Positions 28,249 to 36,781 of a DNA stretch of 64,000 bases are shown here, in pieces. Position 1 is the stretch's first letter. Every line of letters begins with the position of its first letter. The stretch lies in the IMG/VR virus record IMGVR_UViG_3300033571_011534, positions 11,732 to 75,731 of that record; one strand, 5' to 3'. Below the pieces are notes generated by a model that was not told the DNA's origin, did not search any database, and was given only the letters and a program-made list of their open reading frames with translations. A program made the translations under genes and the position numbers. This stretch comes from a virus.

Positions 28249-28812
28249 ATGGGAACTAGAGGAATAACAGAAGTAATTTACAATGGCGAGACTGTAGTTA
28301 GCCAGTATGGTCAATGGGACCACTACCCAAGCGGTCAGGGTATCACAGCGTTCAAGTTTCTACGCAGCCAAGAAAACATCGACAACCTAAAGAAAAACCT
28401 TAGCCTAGTCTATGTTCCAAGTGATGAGGAATACAAGTCTATTGTTAGCAAGTATTCTGATGAGCGTGGAATGATGACTATGGAGCAAGGTGAAGAGTAT
28501 AGCAAGATGTATCCAAGTCTTACTAGAGATACTGGTGCTGGTATCCTTGAGGTAATTGCTAACGCTACCAATCCAGTTCCGTTGTTCCTGGACCTAGAGT
28601 TCAAAAACGACAGACTGTTTTGTGAGGGTGTCTACACAATCAACCTAGATGACAACACTTTCACAACTAGATACAATCGCTATGAAAATGAAAATGATGA
28701 AGATACTTTGACTTTATCTTTTGAGCAGATTCTTTACACAGGTGAAGATGACTATCTGGAAAAAGCAAAGTGTGGAGTCTATCAGTATCTCAAGGCTGAG
28801 GCTTTAGCCTAA
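28249..28812 (+). CDS. Conserved phage protein
   Basis: MGTRG...QYGQWD.YPSGQG...CE..Y.I.LD pattern. Confidence 0.6.
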   Translation: MGTRGITEVIYNGETVVSQYGQWDHYPSGQGITAFKFLRSQENIDNLKKNLSLVYVPSDEEYKSIVSKYSDERGMMTMEQGEEYSKMYPSLTRDTGAGILEVIANATNPVPLFLDLEFKNDRLFCEGVYTINLDDNTFTTRYNRYENENDEDTLTLSFEQILYTGEDDYLEKAKCGVYQYLKAEALA

Positions 28813-29035
28813 CAAAGATACCCTGCCAGCTTGACAAACTGGTGGGGATCTGGTCGGGCCCAAAACTAGTAATTTGTCAAGTTTACGATTATAACAATTT
28901 TTCCCCTGAATTGTTATAAAAAAAATAGGGCGTGGCTCTTGATAATGTCGGAGGTATGCCCTATAATTTAGGAGTAGCAAAAACGACTACTAAATAGAAA
29001 AATCCTAGTGGAAAGACTAGGTGAAAGGAAGCAAA

Positions 29036-29191
29036 ATGGCAAATGTAATTGCCCCCGTTGTTGGCTCACAATACACTACTCAGAAATCAGGTGTTTCTGG
29101 GATTGTTCAGGAAGTAGTGGCAAATAAGACTGGCACTTATCGTGTTCGTCTTGATGTAAATGGTCAGCCACGCTGGACAACTATCAAGTAA
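29036..29191 (+). CDS. Small beta-rich protein
   Basis: GAAAGGA RBS; YTTQKSGVSG.V.EVV...RVRL...RWTT. Confidence 0.55.
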   Translation: MANVIAPVVGSQYTTQKSGVSGIVQEVVANKTGTYRVRLDVNGQPRWTTIK

Positions 29192-29299
29192 TAAATTAGT
29201 TTGAGGGGGTAGAGTTATTTATCCTTTCGCTACCCCCTCTCCTAAAATGTCTTACCCTGCCCCTATAATGTAATTACCCCAAATAGAAAGTAGAAACAA

Positions 29300-29746
29300 A
29301 TGGCTAGAACCCTGTCCGTAAAAGTTCCAACAAGCAAACTAATCGCAGACATTGAGGCAAGTATTGCTAAGATTGACGCAGACATTGAGGCGTATGCTGG
29401 AAAGCGTAAGCAGTATGAAGCAGACATAAAGCAGTATGAGAAAGACCTTGTTGCTTTTGCGATTGACGCACTAAAGAACCCAGACAACATTGGAACAGAA
29501 CACAACGCACTAATTCGCATCACAACCAACAACTACCGCAACGCTGTATCTGTTGATTTTGATACTGAGGCACTTGGCTTTCCAAAGCGACCAGAAGAGC
29601 CAGCCAGACCAAATGAAAAAAGTTATTTTGGTAGGGACTACACCACACGCAAGGAAATCCTAGAGAAGAACCTTCGTATTCTCAAGATGACCTCGCAAGA
29701 GGAAGTATCAGCGAGTTCATACTCATCTGTTATTGACCTAATCTAA
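29300..29746 (+). CDS. Hypothetical coiled-coil protein
   Basis: AGAAAGTAG RBS, promoter at 29246. Confidence 0.65.
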   Translation: MARTLSVKVPTSKLIADIEASIAKIDADIEAYAGKRKQYEADIKQYEKDLVAFAIDALKNPDNIGTEHNALIRITTNNYRNAVSVDFDTEALGFPKRPEEPARPNEKSYFGRDYTTRKEILEKNLRILKMTSQEEVSASSYSSVIDLI

Positions 29747-30164
29747 TCTTATTCGCACAAATACTGTGTAGGCAACTACTCTAAAGCTGAAGCGAATAAT
29801 CACCTGAGCAAGTGGCTAAACTGCTCACTAGATTTGGTAAGGCAGATGCTATTTGCTGTTGCTGAATAGAAGTGAGTGCTAGCACAAAAACTTCGTTCCT
29901 TACCTCCAAAGATTGATCCTGCTAATTGTAATGGTACACTGGGCTTGGATCAATACCCCCTGTTGCAATCAATTTGATAGATGCCCAGTTCGAACGAAGC
30001 ATCTCGCAGGGGGATCTTCCCATTTTTGGGTCGGGCCGCCGTTACCAAATTGTTATTTACGAAGACTAATTATTTTTTCCTAGATTCTTGACAAATGTCA
30101 GAGGGTGGCTGTAAAATAGTCTCAACAAACAAATAACTAATAACCCTAATAGAAAGTAGATAAA

Positions 30165-31166
30165 ATGGCACACTTGCTAGAACAGTCCGCAACAGGCGAA
30201 ACCGCTTTTGCTTCTTTTCGTGAGCCTGCTTGGCACCAGCTAGGCACAGTTTTCAATGAAGAAGTCTCAACTAACAAGATGTTGAAACTCGCACACCTTG
30301 ACAACTGGAATGTTCGCTTGGAAGATGTAGCGATTCCAAATGGTTTTGAGAGTGACAAGAATTATTTCTTCGTGACTAGAACTAACCCATTCAACAAAGA
30401 GCAAAATGATGTCCTTGGCGTAGTTGGTGAAAGATACAATGTTCTTCAGAATGAAGACTTATTTGATTTCGGTGATGCCCTGCTAGATGGTGGTCGCTGG
30501 GAAACTGCTGGTTCAATCAAGAACGGAAGACAGGTTTTCGGTTCTCTTGCTCTTGAGCGTGAAACAGTTCTTGACCCTAACGGCGTGTCAGATGTTGTAA
30601 AGTCTTATTTGCTAATCAACACTAGCCACGACGGCTCAGTTGCTATTCAGGCAAGTATCACACCTGTTCGTGTTGTATGTGCTAACACTCTAAATCTTGC
30701 TCTTGGTAAAGGCAACAGAGGTGTCAAGCAAACTTTCAAGATTCGCCACACCGCAACAGCATCTGGCAAGGTTGCTCAAGCTAGAGAGGCTCTTGGTCTT
30801 GCTAATAAGTATCTTGATGAGTTTGATAAGCTTGCTCAGTCTATGATTGCTAAAGAAATTACTAAGGCTCAGTTTGACAAGATTGTTGAGCTTGCTTATC
30901 CAAAGCCTGACAAGGACACAAAGGGTGCTGTCAAGAAGTGGGAAAACAAAACAGACATTCTTCAGGGAATCTATGTTGGCTCAACTAACGGAATGATTGC
31001 TGGAACTGCTTGGGGTGCTTTCAACGCTCTAACAGAGAGACTAGACTGGTATCGCACTGCTAGAGGTGGTTCTAACGAATCTATTCTAGCTGCTGCTTCT
31101 GGTTTTGACCCTGTGACTACCGCAGAAAAGAACAGACTGCTTCAGCTGGTCTTGGCTAACGCCTAG
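30165..31166 (+). CDS. DUF932 / TIGR03299-type phage-plasmid protein
   Basis: REPAWH.LG, LG.VG..Y...QN, ETAGS...G, SHDGS, TPVRVVC.NTL, RHT, GTAWG..NA.TE..D. Confidence 0.85.
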   Translation: MAHLLEQSATGETAFASFREPAWHQLGTVFNEEVSTNKMLKLAHLDNWNVRLEDVAIPNGFESDKNYFFVTRTNPFNKEQNDVLGVVGERYNVLQNEDLFDFGDALLDGGRWETAGSIKNGRQVFGSLALERETVLDPNGVSDVVKSYLLINTSHDGSVAIQASITPVRVVCANTLNLALGKGNRGVKQTFKIRHTATASGKVAQAREALGLANKYLDEFDKLAQSMIAKEITKAQFDKIVELAYPKPDKDTKGAVKKWENKTDILQGIYVGSTNGMIAGTAWGAFNALTERLDWYRTARGGSNESILAAASGFDPVTTAEKNRLLQLVLANA

Positions 31167-31357
31167 CCAAAAGTCCTGAGCATGACTAAAAACTGCTCTC
31201 CATTCATTTGCCAGGATCTAAAATTTTGGGCCGAGGGCCTAAAATAAACTTAATTAATAAAAAATCTTAATTACGAACTATCAAAAAAATTCGCAGAAAT
31301 CTTGATAAATGTCGGAGGGTCATGTCATAATAGACCTACCCTAAAGAAAGTAGACAA

Positions 31358-31552
31358 ATGCCCAAATACTATGTGAAGATGCGTATTGACTTTGCTGGTG
31401 AGCTAGAAGCAGAATCAGCTGAGGCAGCCGAACAACTAGCTTGGACTAGTTGGGGAGACTCTATGGACAACGACATAACCTATGATGGTGTTTATGACAT
31501 TGACGTAGAAGAGATTGAAGATGATGAGGAAGATGAGGAAGAAGATGAATAA
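31358..31552 (+). CDS. Small acidic protein, VEA.SEEEA-type family
   Basis: ELEAESAEAAEQLA; acidic tail. Confidence 0.55.
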   Translation: MPKYYVKMRIDFAGELEAESAEAAEQLAWTSWGDSMDNDITYDGVYDIDVEEIEDDEEDEEEDE

Positions 31553-31687
31553 GCACTTCCGCTGCCAGACTACAATTTCTTTTGACCAGGTATCAGATGG
31601 ATACTATGCACAATGCCCTAGTTGCGATGAAGACCTATTTAGTTTTGAGGTCGTATAATGTCAGAGGGTAGTGTTATAGTATCTACT

Positions 31688-31924
31688 ATGAAAGTATGCC
31701 CCAATCATTCAGGTAGTTTTGACTGTACCCCCTTTTGTCGTATCTGTGAGGGAAACCAGGAGTACGAGTCAAACGGCTACCTACCATGTAACAGATTCGG
31801 CCACTGTGGAGAATACATTGAGGAGGACATCTGGCATGAGGAGCTAGGCTTCTGTGTTGAATGTTCTCACTTATACTGGGACCAAGAGCTAGACCCATTT
31901 ACACTAGAGAGGATAGAGCAGTGA
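31688..31924 (+). CDS. Cys-rich hypothetical protein
   Basis: Leaderless start after TATAGT; CP.H...DC.PFC..C. Confidence 0.55.
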   Translation: MKVCPNHSGSFDCTPFCRICEGNQEYESNGYLPCNRFGHCGEYIEEDIWHEELGFCVECSHLYWDQELDPFTLERIEQ

Positions 31925-32053
31925 AAGAGTGGACCACCTTTATAAATAAATCTAATAAGAATGAGTTTGAGACTCTGCTAGCAGACATAATGTCAGAGGC
32001 TCTTGCTAAACTAGATACTGTCCCTGATGAAGAACTAGAAAGGCTAATTGACT

Positions 32054-32209
32054 GTGAGTAAAACTTGGCAAGTAGAATACAACGCTACCTATTGGGTAGA
32101 AGCAGAAACAGAAGACGAGGCTATTGAGTTGGCTATTGAATCACACGCTGACCTACCTAACGGAGACTGGGAAGCACACATTGAGCAGAAGTGGGAGACG
32201 AAAGCATAA
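32054..32209 (+). CDS. Small acidic protein, VEA.SEEEA-type family
   Basis: GTG start; WVEAETEDEAIELA. Confidence 0.5.
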   Translation: MSKTWQVEYNATYWVEAETEDEAIELAIESHADLPNGDWEAHIEQKWETKA

Positions 32210-32366
32210 TGGCTACCAGCGAAATGGAAAAGATTGGATACGAGAATGGTATTAGATTTGCTATTCATTCCATAGAAAAATCTCTAGACAATCCAGCACT
32301 AAACATCTTGACACCAAAGCAGAGTCTTGGTATCCTATTAGCATCACTAAGAATGGAGATTCAGTA

Positions 32367-32564
32367 ATGTCCTATGTATTAGAACAAACAAGCTATGTTT
32401 CAGAAGACGGAAACTTTGGAACAGGCTACCTACTAACATTCCCCTACAATGCGCTGACTGAAGAGCAGTGGGAAGTATTGGACATGCTAAACGATAGCTC
32501 TAAGATGGAGTATGCCCACGCTATCCTAAATGGACAGGCTGACCTATCGGAGTGGGAAGGCTAA
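32367..32564 (+). CDS. Hypothetical acidic protein
   Basis: TAATG coupling on both sides. Confidence 0.5.
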   Translation: MSYVLEQTSYVSEDGNFGTGYLLTFPYNALTEEQWEVLDMLNDSSKMEYAHAILNGQADLSEWEG

Positions 32565-32836
32565 TGGCCAAAGAGGTCTGGAGTGTGTCTGTCTACAAAG
32601 AAGGCATAATCGAAATAGACACTGATGAAATGACTATCGAACAGGCGGTAGAGGATTGGGTCTATGACCTGGAAGTTGACTACGACCTAATTGAAAGAGT
32701 GGAAGGCTAGTCCTTCCATTTTTTCGGTCGGGGCTGATCTTTAAATAAAATACTTATAAATAAAAAACCTTTAAGATCTCATTATTTTTTTTCCCAGATC
32801 CTTGATAATGTCAGTGGGTAGCAGTATACTATAGTC

Positions 32837-33223
32837 ATGAAAGTAAAGTTGATTGATCCAGAAAAAGCTAAAAACGTATTGGGACTAGACAAGGAAGAGC
32901 ACTGGGTTGCCCCTTCTGTTGTTGTCAACACCCCCAAAGGCCTAGCCGTAGTTTGCTATGAAGGTGTAGGCTGGTTCGAAAACGAGGGCAAGTACAAGAT
33001 CCTTGTTGGAGATGAATGGAATGATTGGGTAAAAGAAATCACTAAGGATGAACTTATTAGTATTATTTCTAATAAGGAAACTACCCTTCATCAGTTAATT
33101 GATCCGCACAATGATAGGACTAGATCTAATCTATCGATCTGGGAGAATCAGATTAAGAATACCCCGCAAAATGTCGTAGGGTTAGGTTATAATGAGGAAA
33201 AGAAAGAGGTGGCAAATGCCTGA
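32837..33223 (+). CDS. Hypothetical protein (possibly recently acquired)
   Basis: Leaderless after the 32807 promoter; contains GATC/TTAA unlike neighbours. Confidence 0.5.
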   Translation: MKVKLIDPEKAKNVLGLDKEEHWVAPSVVVNTPKGLAVVCYEGVGWFENEGKYKILVGDEWNDWVKEITKDELISIISNKETTLHQLIDPHNDRTRSNLSIWENQIKNTPQNVVGLGYNEEKKEVANA

Positions 33224-33395
33224 ATACAAAGTTCAAAGAGAGTACACCAACTGGGAAGAAATTACAGTTGAGGCAGATTCGGAAGAGCAAGCTTTAGAGA
33301 TTGCAGAGGACGACGAAGACTTATGGAACTATGCAATTGATGCTAGTTCATATAATTACACAGGTGAGACCTGGGTAGGAGAAGCAGATGCCTAA
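33216..33395 (+). CDS. Small acidic protein, VEA.SEEEA-type family
   Basis: MPEYKV...TVEADSEEQALEIA; GAGGTGG RBS. Confidence 0.55.
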   Translation: MPEYKVQREYTNWEEITVEADSEEQALEIAEDDEDLWNYAIDASSYNYTGETWVGEADA

Positions 33396-33558
33396 GCACA
33401 TGCATTACTTTAGCTATGGAGCCTGCATTCATTGCGGTAAGGCAGTCAACAAAGGCCTTGGCGTAGACCTGTACAAGGGAAAAAGGGTTTAAGAACCCTC
33501 TTGACAAAATCCCAGAATCCTGAGATAATAGTTTTACCCTAGAGAAAGTATAACCCCA

Positions 33559-33963
33559 ATGGAGAACACAAAAGTAGAAGCGCCCTACACAGAGTACCAA
33601 GGTTGGAACGAATGGGCAGATAAATACAAGCCTATCAAGAATCACTTACGCAATGACCCAGACGAAACCATGTTCGAGACCTATGGCGAAGAGGTTGAGT
33701 TTGTATCTAACTATGACAACAAGTATGTCTGGACCTATTTGCAAGGAGACATGTCTGACCTTATTTGTGCAGGCTATCACTATGTAAATAGATTAGGATA
33801 CTACATCTCTGAGGTACCGTGGACGAACGAGGATGACTATGTCCTGCTATCAGTAGAAGTAGAATGCAAATGCTACGACGAAGATGCATACGACGATGGT
33901 GGTTTTGGAAATCCAGAATGCCAAGAATGTGAAGGGTATGGCTATGTCACAAATTATGTATAG
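33559..33963 (+). CDS. Conserved phage protein
   Basis: YKPIKNH...FETYGEE...VWT...G.H.VNRLGYYI. Confidence 0.65.
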   Translation: MENTKVEAPYTEYQGWNEWADKYKPIKNHLRNDPDETMFETYGEEVEFVSNYDNKYVWTYLQGDMSDLICAGYHYVNRLGYYISEVPWTNEDDYVLLSVEVECKCYDEDAYDDGGFGNPECQECEGYGYVTNYV

Positions 33964-34315
33964 GAATAAGAACAGAGACAAGACCAAGGTCGTCTATGAC
34001 CTAAACATCTTTAAACGTGAGCTATTAAACGACGAAGGTGAATACGAGCACATGGGCCCCTGGTACATTCATATCTATGAATACGACGGTGGCAATATCG
34101 AAGAGGTAGGCGATCCGATTGAGTTGACGTCTGCTGAAGCTGATAGTCTTATTAATAATGACCCATACTTTCAAAACCATGAGCCAGACCTATGGTACGG
34201 CCTGGAGGGATTCATGTTTGAAAAGTGGGATGCATTGCCAGACAGGCTTAAGGCTGTATTTGAATGGTTACCCAAGTACAAGGAAGACATGGGGTATGGC
34301 CTTGTCAATGATTAA
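33944..34315 (+). CDS. Hypothetical protein
   Basis: Long ORF, start uncertain. Confidence 0.5.
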   Translation: MSQIMYRNKNRDKTKVVYDLNIFKRELLNDEGEYEHMGPWYIHIYEYDGGNIEEVGDPIELTSAEADSLINNDPYFQNHEPDLWYGLEGFMFEKWDALPDRLKAVFEWLPKYKEDMGYGLVND

Positions 34316-34472
34316 ACTAAGATTGATGCGTTGAGCCAAGCTCCGCATCATATGGATACGACAGTTAGGGGTAGCTAGCGTATCCAGGGGGTGTCAGGAC
34401 TTTTCCTACTTTCAGTCTTGACACCCCAACCAATTTGTGGGATAATGGGCACAGGAGAATAACCAATTGACA

Positions 34473-34667
34473 ATGAGTGATGAAGAAAAGGTCGCAGTAA
34501 AAATTACTGGACTTCTTTCTGACCATAGGCTAAACTTAGACAGGGTTGGCTTGTATGTGGCAAGAGAAGAACCAAGTAGCAATTACAGACGACTAATGAT
34601 TGTGGCAGAAGCCGCTGATGAGGAATGGGAGAGCAGGTATGGCAGACACGACAGCAACAAGCTATGA
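34473..34667 (+). CDS. Hypothetical protein
   Basis: AGGAG RBS; TTGACA-17-GATAAT upstream. Confidence 0.55.
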   Translation: MSDEEKVAVKITGLLSDHRLNLDRVGLYVAREEPSSNYRRLMIVAEAADEEWESRYGRHDSNKL

Positions 34668-34929
34668 GGCAAAGTGTGAAATCCTTGCTGATGTTTGGAT
34701 AGAGTATAGAGATGAAGAAGCCTTTCAGGAACTGATGGAGTTTGCTGACTTAGGCTTTCCACTTGCGTATGCTGTTCAGGGCGGTATCATAGAGAGCAAC
34801 GAACGAGTAGAAGAATTAGTAGAGGGAACTTTCACCTTGCTACTTCAGTTGCTCAAAGTTGATGACACTGGCTTTGACAGTATCACCCAGCTCTTTGACA
34901 AATCCGAAGAAGCAAATAAATCAAAATAA
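34639..34929 (+). CDS. Hypothetical protein, paralog of 39252..39527
   Basis: ILAD.W...RD...F....DLG.P.AY...TF.LLL...V.DTGF shared. Confidence 0.65.
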   Translation: MADTTATSYEAKCEILADVWIEYRDEEAFQELMEFADLGFPLAYAVQGGIIESNERVEELVEGTFTLLLQLLKVDDTGFDSITQLFDKSEEANKSK

Positions 34930-35177
34930 TTTTTGACCCAGCTTGACATTCGATCAAGACTGTGGTCGGGGTATGTTATCAAAATGTTATCAAACCACTA
35001 TTGACAAAACCTTTACGATGGACTATAATATTTCCCTGAAATTTGATCGAGGTCTATCCAAACCTCAAACCTTATATTGTTTAACATATTACGATCATCT
35101 GTAAAAAATCGCTGAAATATTTTACATATAGGTTTGGGTATTTTTGGCAATCTTATCAAACATGATATACTTATGCC

Positions 35178-35375
35178 ATGAGTCCAAGACATTTCTATAG
35201 AGCATACTATCCAGAAGAAGCCAAGAAGATGGATCAAGCATATGCTGAAGCTGGTGTTATTATTGTAGATACTGTTACTAGAGCATTTAAGAGGTTTGTT
35301 ATTCCTTTCTTTGTACCTGGCCTCAGGGAGACTAATAATACTGACAAAGATAATGCCAAGGGCATCAAAGAATAA
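35178..35375 (+). CDS. Hypothetical protein
   Basis: Leaderless after TGATATACT. Confidence 0.45.
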   Translation: MSPRHFYRAYYPEEAKKMDQAYAEAGVIIVDTVTRAFKRFVIPFFVPGLRETNNTDKDNAKGIKE

Positions 35376-35837
35376 CCCCATTCCCCCCTATATAAATAAC
35401 ATTACGAAGAACATAAAAAAATCGCTGAAATCTTTTTCTTTTGGCCAGATTTCATTTAAAATGGTTTAGTTTTTGATATTTTTATGGCCATATTTTATAT
35501 AAAAAATGCTTGACATTTGACGGATATTATGGTATAAAGGTTTGGCGTTTAAGGGGTGTAAGGGTTTGGGGTTTGGTAAATGATTACGAGTTTAAGTTAA
35601 TATGTGCTCCATTATCCACTATCCTCCATATCACTCCACTTTAACTCTATTAAACTTAATAAACAGTAAGATCTTTTATCCAAAACATGGTCTCTAAACA
35701 TGCTCTAAATAGCCACAGAATCGATTTTGAGGGGGGTATACAAACCTTCGTATCTTGGATGTGGGGCTATGGGGATATCTGGATATCAGGCTTATTTCTC
35801 TATAGTGTTATTGGTTATATAGGGGATGGTGGTTTGA

Positions 35838-36419
35838 TTATTTGATACCGTCGGAGTTTAGGCTATCCCTAATCTTATGAGCTTCATCAAAGATAGGATC
35901 GTCCTGGAGATATCTCATGTGCGAATAGTCTAGGTCTTCATCTATAAACCTAAAGAAAGCCATGGTTATAAACTCTCCCTCTTTGAAGGTCTTATGTGGT
36001 CTCCAATGAGGATACTCATTTGGGTTAAATATGATAGCTTCGTTGTCTTCCATCTCAAAGACTTCCTTGTCTACCGCCAGACCCCATGTCGTATTGGACT
36101 TGTATTGGTAGTCAATAATTAATCCATTATTGTCCCCATCAAAGTGTGGTGGGAGATTTGGCTGTCCATATTTTGCATCATAGTCGACAAACATAACTCC
36201 TATTTGTGGAAGCTTCCTGCCAACAAGTTTTTCGACTCTCTCTTGAATACCCTCTAAAGTGGGCATCGGCAGTCTTGCCACATACATGAGTCTTCCAAGG
36301 ACTGGGTCGTGTTTCTTTTCTGATCTATACATCCACTCATCCTCATCAGTAAGGATGTGCTCGATTACTTCTAGCTCTTCTGGGAGGAGAAAGTTTTTGA
36401 CCCTGTACACATTGTCCAT
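35838..36419 (-). CDS. Divergent 2OG-Fe(II) oxygenase-like protein
   Basis: LPPHFD ... HWR facial-triad candidates. Confidence 0.55.
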   Translation of the reverse strand: MDNVYRVKNFLLPEELEVIEHILTDEDEWMYRSEKKHDPVLGRLMYVARLPMPTLEGIQERVEKLVGRKLPQIGVMFVDYDAKYGQPNLPPHFDGDNNGLIIDYQYKSNTTWGLAVDKEVFEMEDNEAIIFNPNEYPHWRPHKTFKEGEFITMAFFRFIDEDLDYSHMRYLQDDPIFDEAHKIRDSLNSDGIK

Positions 36420-36451
36420 ATGTTAAATTATACCATTTCTGGACAAGCTCA

Positions 36452-36781
36452 TTAAATATCGTCGTCGACTGTATTGTTTAGCTCTATAGGCTTAAGTAGA
36501 TCCATAGCATGCTTGTACTGGATTGCCTTGTTACCCTGCCCCATGTTAATGGCAGACTCAAACATCATGTTCAGGACATATTGGATACGAACCTGCTCTG
36601 CTTCGATACCAGACTGATACCCATTGCTATACCCTAGCTCATAGTTATAGTCAGCCTCAGAGCTATTCTCAGATTCAGATTCTTCATATCCAATATCGTA
36701 GCCAAGCTCATATCCGTGCTCTTGTCCAGCGTCAAAGATTTCTTTTTCTTCGTCTGTTAGCTCATCGTAGTTCACTGCCAA
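36452..36781 (-). CDS. Acidic protein with GYxxGY repeats
   Basis: GYELGYDIGY, GYSNGYQSG. Confidence 0.55.
   Translation of the reverse strand: MAVNYDELTDEEKEIFDAGQEHGYELGYDIGYEESESENSSEADYNYELGYSNGYQSGIEAEQVRIQYVLNMMFESAINMGQGNKAIQYKHAMDLLKPIELNNTVDDDI

Larger units (their letters stand above)
24968..33193. promoter_or_regulatory. Family of 17 promoters AATGTC-N12-TANNNT (PafBC/RecA-NDp-like geometry)
   Basis: AATGTC starts at 25195, 25457, 25681, 26122, 26405, 26658, 27186, 28200, 28944, 29246, 30094, 31308, 31657, 31989, 32807, 33170 (+) and 24991 (-); each has a -10 hexamer exactly 12 bp later. Confidence 0.85.

Noticed and set aside
25091-34972. Spacer motifs as CRISPR repeats or integron attC sites
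   Set aside because: Cores are short, degenerate and kilobases apart; no cas or integrase genes and no attC-like R/L box structure seen.
35376-35837. Long non-coding gap as ncRNA or origin
   Set aside because: Contains a SigA-like promoter and spacer motifs, but I could not identify a convincing structure or iteron set.
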